Origin: Thermoplasmata archaeon
GTDB lineage: Archaea; Thermoplasmatota; Thermoplasmata; Lutacidiplasmatales; UBA184
Assembly: GCA_035504595.1 (NCBI GenBank)
Contig: DATJRQ010000008.1
Coordinates: 28,065-92,064, forward strand
Length of the DNA: 64,000 nt
Direction: 5' to 3'
Of the stretch, positions 44,189 through 52,848 are shown in pieces; position 1 is the first letter of the stretch; every line of letters begins with the position of its first letter. The translations under genes and the position numbers were made by a program. The notes under the pieces were generated by a model. That model made no database searches and was not told the DNA's origin. It worked only from the letters and a program-made list of their open reading frames with translations.

Positions 44189-45483
44189 GCGCTCCTCCCC
44201 CGGCGCCCCGGGCGTTTCAACAGGTCGACGAGGCCGCCGAGCGACCAGTGCTCGTCCCAGTCGACCACCGGTGCATCCTCCCACGTGCGTGCGATCCGGT
44301 CCCGTCGGATCAGGTGGGCGATCCTCGAGATCAACTCCTCCTCCTCGACCGAGAGGGTCGGGTGCGCGGTGACGATCGGGAGCGGGGACGGGCTCAGCAC
44401 GACCACCGGGAAGCCCCGGCGGCGCAGGTGAAGGATCAGGTACCGGCTCTCCTCGTCCGCGAGGCTCGAGAACACGATCGTCGTGACACCGGGCGGGAAG
44501 TACCGTCGCAGGGAGACCGCGCATCGCTCGGTCGGCCCCGGTGAGAGCGTGACCCGGACCTTCTGCAGGGCGGTCCGGATCCGAAGACGTTGGGTTCGAC
44601 CGCTCGCGAGCGGGACGGTGTCGAGGAACTCGCCGTACACGGCGAGGCCGACCCGCGCCTTCTCGCGAAGGAACGACTCGGCGATCCCGTGCGCCGCCGC
44701 GACCGACAGGGAGAGGAGCTGCGCGTCGAGCCGGGCGCCGAGCGGCGACGGCCGCGCGTCGAGCAGGAGGAGAATATCCCCCGTCCGTTCGACCTGGAAC
44801 TCGTTCACCATGAGGTGACCGGTCCGCGCCGTCGCGGGCCAGTTCACCCGCCGGGGCGGCTCCGCGGGGGCCGCGTACCGGATCCCGAAGAACTCCCCGT
44901 CCGGACCGACCCGTCGCGAGAGGGTCTCGCCCGGCACGGCGATGGTGCGCTCGAGCCGGACCGACCCGATGTGGATCAACTCCGCCGGGTACCGTTCGAC
45001 CACGAGGTCGGTCGGGGACCACTCGACGTTCCGCTCGACGAGGCCGGCGGGGTCCTGCCAGGAAAGTTCCGGCGCGGGGACGGGGACCACCACCGGTGCC
45101 GGAGCGTTCCATCGGAGTTCGAAGGATACCCGGTCCTTGCCGCGGGTCGCGAGCGGCGGCGCGGTCTCCTCGAGTCCCGCGGGAGAGGTGAACTCGATGT
45201 CGACGTCCCGCGCATCGGTCGGCGGCGCGAACGCGATCGTCCCCACCGCGCGGACGTCCGGACCCGCGCCTTCGAGGTGCCAGTCCATCGTCGCGGTCGG
45301 CGCCCGGGACGGCCCGAAGAGCGCCGCGGCGACCGGGGCGAGGAGCACGGCGAGCCCGAGGTAGAGCAGTGCCGGGCGAGCGAGGTAGACCCCCCCCGCG
45401 AGCATCGTCACACCGGCACCGAAGAGGAGGTAGGAACGCGCGCGCCACCGGAAGGTGGGCGTGCTCGTCGGGAAGGCGGTCAC
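44185..45483 (-). CDS. DUF58 domain protein
   Basis: GTG at 45483 in a GTGA overlap with the upstream gene. Two N-terminal TM helices, then GEFFGIRYAAPAEPPRRVNWPATARTGHLMVNEF, the DUF58 core. Confidence 0.85.
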   Translation of the reverse strand: MTAFPTSTPTFRWRARSYLLFGAGVTMLAGGVYLARPALLYLGLAVLLAPVAAALFGPSRAPTATMDWHLEGAGPDVRAVGTIAFAPPTDARDVDIEFTSPAGLEETAPPLATRGKDRVSFELRWNAPAPVVVPVPAPELSWQDPAGLVERNVEWSPTDLVVERYPAELIHIGSVRLERTIAVPGETLSRRVGPDGEFFGIRYAAPAEPPRRVNWPATARTGHLMVNEFQVERTGDILLLLDARPSPLGARLDAQLLSLSVAAAHGIAESFLREKARVGLAVYGEFLDTVPLASGRTQRLRIRTALQKVRVTLSPGPTERCAVSLRRYFPPGVTTIVFSSLADEESRYLILHLRRRGFPVVVLSPSPLPIVTAHPTLSVEEEELISRIAHLIRRDRIARTWEDAPVVDWDEHWSLGGLVDLLKRPGRRGRSA

Positions 45484-45887
45484 ATCCGGGCCTCGAGGTC
45501 CTGGAGGCGGTGACGCAGGTAGCGGCGGAACTCCTCGGGGGACACCCTCGTCAGTCGGTTCATCTCGTCCGTGCTGCGGGTCGGAAGTCCCGGCGTGGGG
45601 CCCATCCGTTCGACGCGGTCGAGGGTGGTGATGATCTCCTCGCGACCGAGCGGCCCGGAGCGGATCGCCGTGCGGAGACGGAAGACATCCGGTTCCCACA
45701 CCATCGCGACCTTCGGCTTGCGTCGGCCCTGGGAGTCGCTCCACGCTCCCAGGAAGAGGAATCCCGCGGCCACGACGGCGAGGGCGGCCGCTGGGAGGGC
45801 CAACGGCACGTTCGGCCCGGCCCACAGAGCGAGCCCGGTCAGGACGACCGCGACGACGGGGAGGAACCAGCCGACCCGGACCTTCAT
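45480..45887 (-). CDS. Hypothetical small 2-TM membrane protein
   Basis: ATGA overlap with the DUF4129 gene stop. Two hydrophobic helices plus a charged C-terminal domain. Confidence 0.6.
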   Translation of the reverse strand: MKVRVGWFLPVVAVVLTGLALWAGPNVPLALPAAALAVVAAGFLFLGAWSDSQGRRKPKVAMVWEPDVFRLRTAIRSGPLGREEIITTLDRVERMGPTPGLPTRSTDEMNRLTRVSPEEFRRYLRHRLQDLEARM

Positions 45888-46813
45888 AGCTCCGGTCGTA
45901 CGCGGTCCAGGTCGGCCCGCGCGATCGCGATCGCCTCCGTGGCGCGGGCGGCGGCGTCCGGACCCATCGGATGGGACGAGTACCGAGCCTCCTCGAACAG
46001 GCGGGTGAGGACCGCCGCGGCCGCCGGGCGGATACCGAGCGCGACGAGATGCGTCGTCCGGATCTCCTCGGGCGTGTCGCTATCGAGGGTACCGACGAGC
46101 GGAGCCACCCTCTCCAGCAGCGACGCGTAGAGCCGGACGATGACGTCCCGGGGCTCTTCGCCTCGGCCGAGGGCGTACGACGCGCTCTGGAGCGCTCCCC
46201 GGGCGCGGTCTACCTCCGCGGCGCGAAGCGCACGGTTTCGCGCCGTCGGATCCTGAGCGCGGCGCCAGAGCGCCGGAGCGAGGAGCGCCCCGGCGACAAG
46301 AGCGCCCGCCGCGACGACCGCGAACAAGGTCCACGAGGGGAAATGGATCCCGTCGTAGTTCAGCGAGGGTCCCGGCGACGAGACGACGCCGGTCGAGTTG
46401 TTCGTCGGAGGCGGAGCCGTTCCCGTGCTGTTGTTCGTCCCGGGGGTTCCCGGACCGACCGAGGTCGACGGCGCGGTGCGTCCCGGTGCGACACTGTGCA
46501 GCAGCGCGACCAGGAGACACAGGGCGAGGATCAGCAGCAGCACCATCAGGGCCGCGTGGCCGGACGCCTGCCGTCCGCGGGACAGCCAGACCCATACGAA
46601 CAGGCCGGCGACCACGGCGAATCCGGCCAGGAAGATGTACGCGAGCTGAGAGCCGTTCAGGTAGAAGTCCTGGATCGGGCCGGGCTGGTACGCCGGCGCC
46701 GAGGCGGCACTGGCCACCAAGCTCGCCGCCGCGCCCACGCAGAGGGCGAGGACGACGACCACGAGGAGGACGACGGACGTCCGCGACGGGCGGGGCGACG
46801 CCGGGTTCCCCAT
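45884..46813 (-). CDS. DUF4129 domain membrane protein
   Basis: TM helices; a Pro/Thr/Asn linker with two NNST sequons; C-terminal LFEEARYSSHPMGPDAAARA, typical of DUF4129. Confidence 0.8.
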   Translation of the reverse strand: MGNPASPRPSRTSVVLLVVVVLALCVGAAASLVASAASAPAYQPGPIQDFYLNGSQLAYIFLAGFAVVAGLFVWVWLSRGRQASGHAALMVLLLILALCLLVALLHSVAPGRTAPSTSVGPGTPGTNNSTGTAPPPTNNSTGVVSSPGPSLNYDGIHFPSWTLFAVVAAGALVAGALLAPALWRRAQDPTARNRALRAAEVDRARGALQSASYALGRGEEPRDVIVRLYASLLERVAPLVGTLDSDTPEEIRTTHLVALGIRPAAAAVLTRLFEEARYSSHPMGPDAAARATEAIAIARADLDRVRPEL

Positions 46814-46846
46814 CGGGCCGGTACCCCGTCGGGGAGGGATATACCC

Positions 46847-47752
46847 TTACGGAGGGGCCGCCGCCGGCGTTCCCGCGTCCGGGGGCGGGCCGGGGCGGAG
46901 GAAGTAGAAACCTCGCCGCTCGTGCTCGGCGGATACGACCGCGAAATCGTCGACCACGTACCCGAGGTCGGTCGCGGCCCGGAACGCATCCCGGGTGGCG
47001 TGGCGCCACTTTCCCAGCGACTTCGGCTCGTGCCGACGGACGAGGTCGATGTCGAACGGGATCTCGAGGTGAGCGCTCGCCCCCGACGGCTCAGCGACGG
47101 CGGTCGGCACCCGGATGCCGGTCTCCCCCGGCTCGGTCTCCACGATCGCGGAGGAGGTCTTCCAACGGTGCTGGTTCTCCTCGGCGGTTGGGTAGTGGCC
47201 GCCCATTCGCTCCTCGGTCGCGGGGGCCGAGAGGGGCCAGACGACGCGCAGCCGGTCGGTCTCGAGGCCCTGGTTCAGCGTGTCGGCGAGCTGCCCGAAG
47301 TAGTGGGCGTAGTACTTGTCCGGTCGGCCGCCCAGCCGGTGGACGCTCAGCCAGGCCCCCCGGCTCTGCAACGGGTCGATCACCCACCGGATCTCCGTCA
47401 GTCCGAGCTTCAGCACCTCCTCCCGCTGAAGTTGTTTCAGCTGGAATCCGAGGTGGTGGTTCTGGTACTCGGGCCGAACCCCTACCAGGTGCGAATAGTG
47501 GTACAGGGTCGTCCCATCCCACCCGATCAGGGAGGCGGCAAACCCGGCCAGATAGATGTCCGCGAACGCCCCGACGACGAGGCCGCCGTTGTCCTGGAGC
47601 GAGCGCAGGAGCGGGACCGGCAGGGCGGCGACCGAGGGGTCGGCGCCGAAGATCGCGTGCTCGACCTCGGCGACCTGTCGGAACTCCTCCGGCTTTTCCA
47701 ACCGCCGGAACCGGAATCCCTCGACCTTGTCCCCGACCCGCGCACCGCTCAC
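46847..47752 (-). CDS. GNAT-fold protein of the COG3375-like family
   Basis: GTG at 47752 inside ORF 46847..48166. Blocks FRFRRLE, SHLVGVRPEYQNHHLGFQLK and WVIDPLQSRGAWLSVHRLGG. Confidence 0.75.
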   Translation of the reverse strand: MSGARVGDKVEGFRFRRLEKPEEFRQVAEVEHAIFGADPSVAALPVPLLRSLQDNGGLVVGAFADIYLAGFAASLIGWDGTTLYHYSHLVGVRPEYQNHHLGFQLKQLQREEVLKLGLTEIRWVIDPLQSRGAWLSVHRLGGRPDKYYAHYFGQLADTLNQGLETDRLRVVWPLSAPATEERMGGHYPTAEENQHRWKTSSAIVETEPGETGIRVPTAVAEPSGASAHLEIPFDIDLVRRHEPKSLGKWRHATRDAFRAATDLGYVVDDFAVVSAEHERRGFYFLRPGPPPDAGTPAAAPP

Positions 47753-47808
47753 GCGGGCGAAGTACGGCGCACGGTACTTAACGCGGCCGCACGGCGGGTC
47801 CCGCGGGC

Positions 47809-48234
47809 CTACCGGCGAACGCGCAGATCGGCCTTCTTCTGCTCGTAGCGAACCTCGTCCGCGGGCGTCAGTTCCCACAGAAGGTCCTCGAGGTCGGGGA
47901 TGTTCCGGAGGAACTCCGCCTTGCTCTTCGTGCGCATCAGGTGCTCGAACTTGTGGCGCGCCGTGTAGTACGAGCCGACGAGGTACGCGCCGGCGATGAT
48001 GATGATCGGACCGAGGACGACGAAGATGAGGTTGTAGTTCGCCGTGGGGGTCGCCGTCGCGTTGTTGATCGCGACGAACGGCTGGGAGTTCGCGAGCGGC
48101 GTGAAGTACCCGAGCGCGAGGACCGTGAGGAAAATACCGATCACCAGGACGGTGTCCGCGATCCACGCCCGATATTTCCGCAGCCCGAAGCGAAAGCGTC
48201 GGCTGAGCGGCAGTTCGGCGGTGGCGGTGCTCAT
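47809..48234 (-). CDS. Hypothetical 2-TM membrane protein with a charged C-terminal tail
   Basis: ATG at 48234 (ORF track start 48252). Two clear hydrophobic helices. Confidence 0.65.
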   Translation of the reverse strand: MSTATAELPLSRRFRFGLRKYRAWIADTVLVIGIFLTVLALGYFTPLANSQPFVAINNATATPTANYNLIFVVLGPIIIIAGAYLVGSYYTARHKFEHLMRTKSKAEFLRNIPDLEDLLWELTPADEVRYEQKKADLRVRR

Positions 48235-48266
48235 GCCGCCGGCGGGAGGCACTTGGGGTTAAGAAA

Positions 48267-49082
48267 TCACGCCAGCGGGCCGTCGGTGTCGTCCGGCTCT
48301 GCCGGGCGCTCGGGCGCTGGCGTCGTTCGCCCGTAGGCGGCCGGCTTCGCCCGGGGCGGTGGCTTCCCTCCCCCGCTGGGTGCCGGGACCGCGTCGAGCA
48401 TCGGCCGCAGTCGACGGTAGACCAAGTTCCCCCCGATCAGCGCGACCAGGGCGGCGGCGTAGGCGACCACCTCGTCGCTGACGGTCGCGAAGCCCGACAG
48501 CGCGCCGATCCCGATCACGAAGAATCCTACGGCCATGAACACGGCCCCCGGGACCGACCCGCCGCCTTTCCGGCCCGCGGCCGCGGACGGGGGCATCGAG
48601 AGGAGCGCCCCCGCGACCTCGAGCGCCATCACCGCGAGCGACTCGACGAGCGCGAACAGGATCCCGTCCCACGTGATGGAAGGGGACGCGAGGTACTGCG
48701 CGAAGATCGCGAGGGCGAAAATGCCGGCGATCCCGGCCCGGTATCCGAGCGCGTAGAACGGGGTGCTCTCTCCCGTGCCCCAGTAGTGGGTGCGGAGCAA
48801 CGCCCACTGCGCGACCTCCGTCCCGATGACGAGCGCCACCAGGAAAATCAGGGCCCCGAGCAGCGCACCGTTTGCCATCGAATCCAGGAAGAACAGGAAC
48901 GCGAGGGCGAGCGGAATGCCGACGAACAGTCCCGCGGTGTAGCCGAACACCTCCTTGCGCTCGTCGAACCGCGTCTCGGGCACCTGAGGCGTGGCGTACC
49001 GCCCGATCTCGACGTAGACGAAACCGCCCGAGAGGAGCACCCCGACCACCGCCCCCGCGGTGAGCCCGAGGTTGACGATCAT
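48267..49082 (-). CDS. Hypothetical polytopic (about 8-TM) membrane protein
   Basis: ATGA overlap with the trmI stop. Strongly hydrophobic throughout, with a Pro-rich tail. Confidence 0.7.
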   Translation of the reverse strand: MIVNLGLTAGAVVGVLLSGGFVYVEIGRYATPQVPETRFDERKEVFGYTAGLFVGIPLALAFLFFLDSMANGALLGALIFLVALVIGTEVAQWALLRTHYWGTGESTPFYALGYRAGIAGIFALAIFAQYLASPSITWDGILFALVESLAVMALEVAGALLSMPPSAAAGRKGGGSVPGAVFMAVGFFVIGIGALSGFATVSDEVVAYAAALVALIGGNLVYRRLRPMLDAVPAPSGGGKPPPRAKPAAYGRTTPAPERPAEPDDTDGPLA

Positions 49083-49858
49083 GGGCCCACGACCCGCCGT
49101 CCGGACGCGAGGAAGCCGGTGTGCCCGAGCATCTCGAACGACGGGCGGGTCCCGCCGTCCCCCACGTGGAGACCCCGCTCGAGCAGCTCGAGCGCGCGCA
49201 CTTCATCGAACTTCTGCGCCCGCAGCTCCTGCACGGTCCGCTCGAGCTGATTGTACGTCGGAGTGTAGGTCGCGACGTACCCGCCGACGGCGAGCGCCTC
49301 GTGGGCCGAGGGCAGCACCGCCCACGGTTCGGGCAGGTCGAGCACCACGCTCCCCACTCCCCGAACGTCGATCCCGTCTCGGGCGACGTCCCGCTCCCGG
49401 AACGAGACGCGCTCGGCGAGGCCCGCGCGCGTGACGTTCCCGCGGGCCGCCTCCAGGAAATCGGAGCGGCGGTCGTACGATGTGACGTGGCCGGTCGGGC
49501 CCACCGCGAACGCGAGCGCGATCGTGAGCGCTCCGCTGCCGGAGCCGGCTTCGACGACGTGACTTCCCGGAGCGACTCCGGCGAGGAGCCAGAGGTGGGC
49601 GGCGTCCTTGGGCGTCACGATCTGCGCACCGCGATGCAGCGAGGAGAACAGGTCGGCCAGCGACGGGCGTACGACGCGGTACGTCGTACCGAGCCACACG
49701 ACCGCCCCGCCCGGCAGCGCACCCACCTGCGCGCTCAGGTCGATGACGCCGTCGTTGCCCAGCCGGACAGGGCCGTTCGAGAGCGCGACAACGATCGCCG
49801 ATGCCCCGGCGGTCTTCAACGCCACGGTGTCGCCGACCTTCCACACCTCGTCCGCCAT
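49079..49858 (-). CDS. trmI: tRNA (adenine-N1)-methyltransferase TrmI/GCD14 family
   Basis: IVTPKDAA, SAM motif VVEAGSGSGALT, VLDLPEPW and HTGFL. ATG at 49858; an alternative GTG lies at 49882. Confidence 0.88.
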   Translation of the reverse strand: MADEVWKVGDTVALKTAGASAIVVALSNGPVRLGNDGVIDLSAQVGALPGGAVVWLGTTYRVVRPSLADLFSSLHRGAQIVTPKDAAHLWLLAGVAPGSHVVEAGSGSGALTIALAFAVGPTGHVTSYDRRSDFLEAARGNVTRAGLAERVSFRERDVARDGIDVRGVGSVVLDLPEPWAVLPSAHEALAVGGYVATYTPTYNQLERTVQELRAQKFDEVRALELLERGLHVGDGGTRPSFEMLGHTGFLASGRRVVGP

Positions 49859-50024
49859 GACCCCTGGGACCGCGCCGGCCACGGCGACGGCCCCGTAATA
49901 ACGGGACCGCTCGCGGTGGCTTTAAAATCGGAACGATGCTCGGGACTCCCGCGACGTCCGAGAGTCAGGGCCCGCGACGCGGCTCCGACGACCGACGCGC
50001 GAGGGTCGGAACGAAATCCACCGT

Positions 50025-50098
50025 GCGGGCATAGTGTAGTCTGGTTATCACATAGCCTTGCCAAGGCTATGACCCGGGTTCAAATCCCGGTGCCCGCA
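50025..50098 (+). tRNA. tRNA-Gly (anticodon GCC)
   Basis: 74 nt. Acceptor GCGGGCA/TGCCCGC plus discriminator A. Anticodon arm TAGCC-TTGCCAA-GGCTA. T arm CCGGG-TTCAAAT-CCCGG. No encoded CCA. Confidence 0.93.
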
Positions 50099-50259
50099 TC
50101 CCACCCGAGTCGGCTCCCCCTCGAGGAGTTTGACCTCGAGTCGGGGCCGACGCGGATCGTCGTCCAACCGTGTGATTGGGCTGTCCCGTGACGAAGCAGT
50201 CCCTCCACTCCTCGCACCTCGGTCCAAACTGCGACCGGGTTCACCGAGGGAAACGCCAC

Positions 50260-51006
50260 CTAGATGGCCACCCGGGCCACGATCGTGTTCCAACCCAGCT
50301 CTCCGCATCGGGGGCATCGCAGGTACAACGACCCGACCCGCCCGACCCCGAGATGGGGGGAAAACAGCGGTACTCCGTTCAGCCGATACTGCTCCCCGCA
50401 CGCCGGGCAATTGAGCTCGATGGGTCCGCCCACGGCGAACCGGGCGCGGTGGCTCATCTCGCCCGCGGCGCCCCGTACCGTGGGTATCCGGCCCCGACCG
50501 TGGAGTCCCAAGGCGACCAGCAACGCCCCCGCCGACCCGAGACCGATCACGAGGAACAGCGCTCCGAGGGGTGCGCCCGAGATCCCGAGGTCGCCCGCCG
50601 CGCTCGCGAACAGGAGGCCGGACACGAGGGGGAAGATCCCCACCACGATCACCGCCTGGAGGGCGAGGAGGGGTCGCACGATCCGGCCTCGGAAGGCGAC
50701 CGCCAGGGGTGCCGAACGGGCGATCCACCATTGCATGACGACGAACACCAGCGAGAGCACCATCACCTGCGCGAGCTCGACCGCGAGCACGACCTCGGGC
50801 GTCTCCCAGCCGTCGGGCTGACCGCTGACCCCGAAGTGCCAGGCGACCTGGCCGGGCAAGCGACTCTGGAGCAGGAGGTAGACGACCAGGATCTCCACGA
50901 CCCCGAGAACGGCGAACGCCGCGGCCAGCCGGACGGGCGCGGAACGAGGAGCGAGCGTAACCTCCTCGACGGTCGAATGGTCCGACGACCTCAGCGTAGC
51001 GTTCAT
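50260..51006 (-). CDS. DUF1648-like membrane protein with a C-terminal double zinc-ribbon
   Basis: ATG at 51006 in an ATGA overlap with the PadR stop. Contains LPGQVAWHFGVSGQPDGWE (DUF1648-like). The C-terminus has CPACG..(24)..CPRCG. Confidence 0.7.
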   Translation of the reverse strand: MNATLRSSDHSTVEEVTLAPRSAPVRLAAAFAVLGVVEILVVYLLLQSRLPGQVAWHFGVSGQPDGWETPEVVLAVELAQVMVLSLVFVVMQWWIARSAPLAVAFRGRIVRPLLALQAVIVVGIFPLVSGLLFASAAGDLGISGAPLGALFLVIGLGSAGALLVALGLHGRGRIPTVRGAAGEMSHRARFAVGGPIELNCPACGEQYRLNGVPLFSPHLGVGRVGSLYLRCPRCGELGWNTIVARVAI

Positions 51007-51380
51007 GACTCCGTACCCTTCGGCCGGCTTGGGACGGCCGATACGACCGAGGGCACACGCGCCGTTTGGGCCCAGATCGCCCGCATCGCGGGAAGGCTCT
51101 CCCGGCCGAGGTCGGTGAGCTCGTAGTACTTGCGGAGCGGGCCGGCGCTCACCTTTCCGTGGAAGGTCCGTACCAGTCCTGCGGCGCGCAAGCGGGCGAG
51201 CGTCGGATACAAGGTCGACGGAGTCACCCGAAACTCCGGACCCAGCTCCCGACCGATCCGCTCCATCAACTCGTACCCGTACGCGGGACCCTCCGCCAAC
51301 CGTTCGATGACCCACCACGGCAGGAACCCACGGCGCACCTCGCGTCGCAGATGTGCGAGGAACCGGTTCGAGCCGCCCAT
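51003..51380 (-). CDS. PadR family transcriptional regulator
   Basis: GPAYGYELMERI......VTPSTLYPTLARLRAAGLV.......RKYYELT. Confidence 0.9.
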   Translation of the reverse strand: MGGSNRFLAHLRREVRRGFLPWWVIERLAEGPAYGYELMERIGRELGPEFRVTPSTLYPTLARLRAAGLVRTFHGKVSAGPLRKYYELTDLGRESLPAMRAIWAQTARVPSVVSAVPSRPKGTES

Positions 51381-51403
51381 TCCACCCCACCTATTACGTG
51401 ATG

Positions 51404-51410
51404 CGATATA
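51404..51410 (-). promoter_or_regulatory. TATA-like box (CTATATC on the minus strand) for the PadR operon; leaderless geometry
   Basis: Lies 25-30 nt upstream of the PadR ATG (51380). Confidence 0.4.
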
Positions 51411-51622
51411 GCCACATCGGCCCAGGCCGCGCCCTGGACGGGAGCGCTCGCGACCGCGGACCCGCGGATGGCGGCGGGACCCGTAAGCTCAAGTCCCCGA
51501 ACCCCGGTGGCCTGCCCGAGTGGACGGCACGACGAGAAGATCCGGAGACTTCGACGTGACATCGATTTCGGTTCGGGACCGGCTCGCCCGTGAGCCGCAC
51601 CGAGAGGAGTGATCCCCGAGCT

Positions 51623-52495
51623 ATGGCGAGCCCACGGTTCATTCGAACGACCGGCGGACGGTCGTTCGAGTACATTTCCCAGGGAAAGGGACCGGCGACA
51701 CTGCTCGTGCACCCGGGGGGCCCGGGCCTGACGTACCACTACCTGCGGGGACTTCTGAAGCTCGCGAACGTCAACCTCCGGGTCGTCCTGTTCAACCCGC
51801 GCGGTGTCGGCCGCAGCTGGTCGCCGAAATCCACTTCGGACCTCACTATCGCGCAGATGGCGGAAGACGTCGAGTCGATACGGCGAGCTCTCCATATCAC
51901 CGAGCTCCACCTTCTCGGCTACTCGGCGGGCGGGTTCGTCGCGCTCGAGTACGCGCACCGGTACGAGCCGAAGCTCACGTCGCTCCTCCTGTGCGCAACG
52001 GCCGGCAGCGCTGAGGAGATCCGTCAATCGAACCGGATGACCCTCGCGGTCGCGCCGCCGAGCCTGCGCGCCCGGGTGCGGCAGTTGACGCGGGCGAAGG
52101 AGTTCGACTCGCCGGAGTACGAGCGACTGGTCGAGCAGATCATGGGACCGTTCCAGACGCGATTCTTCCGGGGCACGTCCGCGGACTGGAAGGCGACGCG
52201 GATGTTCCCCAAGGTATACCGCGCGATGATGACCCGCTCCGGCGACGAGTTCGCCGTGGATGGGACGATCGCCAAGTGGGACGGCCGGAAGTACTACTCC
52301 AAGATCGAGGTCCCCACCCTCGTCGTCGTCGGCCGGTACGACTTCTTCCTCCAGCCGTCGGTCGACATGTCCGAGCGGATCGAACCGGCGCACCTGCGCG
52401 TGCTCCAGCACTCGAGCCACCGGATGATCCTCGAGCAGCCGAAGGAGTTCCTCGGGACCGTCCGCGAGTTCCTCGAGGACGTCACGGGCGGCTGA
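51623..52495 (+). CDS. Alpha/beta hydrolase (proline iminopeptidase-like)
   Basis: LLVHPGGPG and nucleophile elbow LLGYSAGG, with C-terminal SSHRMILEQP. ATG at 51623; the ORF track GTG is at 51590. Confidence 0.88.
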   Translation: MASPRFIRTTGGRSFEYISQGKGPATLLVHPGGPGLTYHYLRGLLKLANVNLRVVLFNPRGVGRSWSPKSTSDLTIAQMAEDVESIRRALHITELHLLGYSAGGFVALEYAHRYEPKLTSLLLCATAGSAEEIRQSNRMTLAVAPPSLRARVRQLTRAKEFDSPEYERLVEQIMGPFQTRFFRGTSADWKATRMFPKVYRAMMTRSGDEFAVDGTIAKWDGRKYYSKIEVPTLVVVGRYDFFLQPSVDMSERIEPAHLRVLQHSSHRMILEQPKEFLGTVREFLEDVTGG

Positions 52496-52557
52496 GAAGC
52501 TCGGGCGAAGGTAGAAATCTCCAGCCACCGTGGCCCGGCCGGTCGGAGGTCCCACCG

Positions 52558-52836
52558 GTGTCGATCCAGTGCGAGGGGTGCGGCGTCGAGCTCGAGGACG
52601 ACGCGAAATTCTGCAAGAGGTGCGGGCGCAAGGTGTCGACGGGAGAGCATCTCGCCGGTGAAACCAAGGCGGTCGCGAGCAAGATCGGCCACGGGTTCAC
52701 GAAGGGCGTCAAAACGCTGGGCGCCGATGTCAAAAAGGTCGGCAAGAAGAAGGAGGAGACCGGGGCCGAACCGCCCCCGCCGCCCCCTCCTCCGCCCCCG
52801 CCGCCCCCTCCTCCGCCCCCGCCGCCGCCTCCGTGA
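52558..52836 (+). CDS. Zinc-ribbon protein with a Lys-rich linker and a 21-residue polyproline C-terminus
   Basis: GTG at 52558 inside ORF 52276..52836. CEGCG..(10)..CKRCG zinc ribbon. Ends ..KKKEETGAE followed by 21 Pro codons and TGA. Confidence 0.6.
   Translation: MSIQCEGCGVELEDDAKFCKRCGRKVSTGEHLAGETKAVASKIGHGFTKGVKTLGADVKKVGKKKEETGAEPPPPPPPPPPPPPPPPPPPPP
52771..52833 (+). repeat. Three tandem 21-nt units (ccgcccccgccgccccctcct x2 plus the variant ccgcccccgccgccgcctccg), all Pro codons
   Basis: Read and counted directly: 21 consecutive CCN codons, immediately followed by a stop. Confidence 0.9.
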
Positions 52837-52848
52837 CGCTGCGGCGAC

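Noticed and set aside
51480-51600. Possible class II tRNA. GCCCGAGTGGAC resembles a tRNA-Leu/Ser D-arm, and GGTTCGGGACC resembles a T-arm.
   Set aside because: No anticodon stem can be formed. The T-loop would carry G where A58 is invariant, and no acceptor stem closes.
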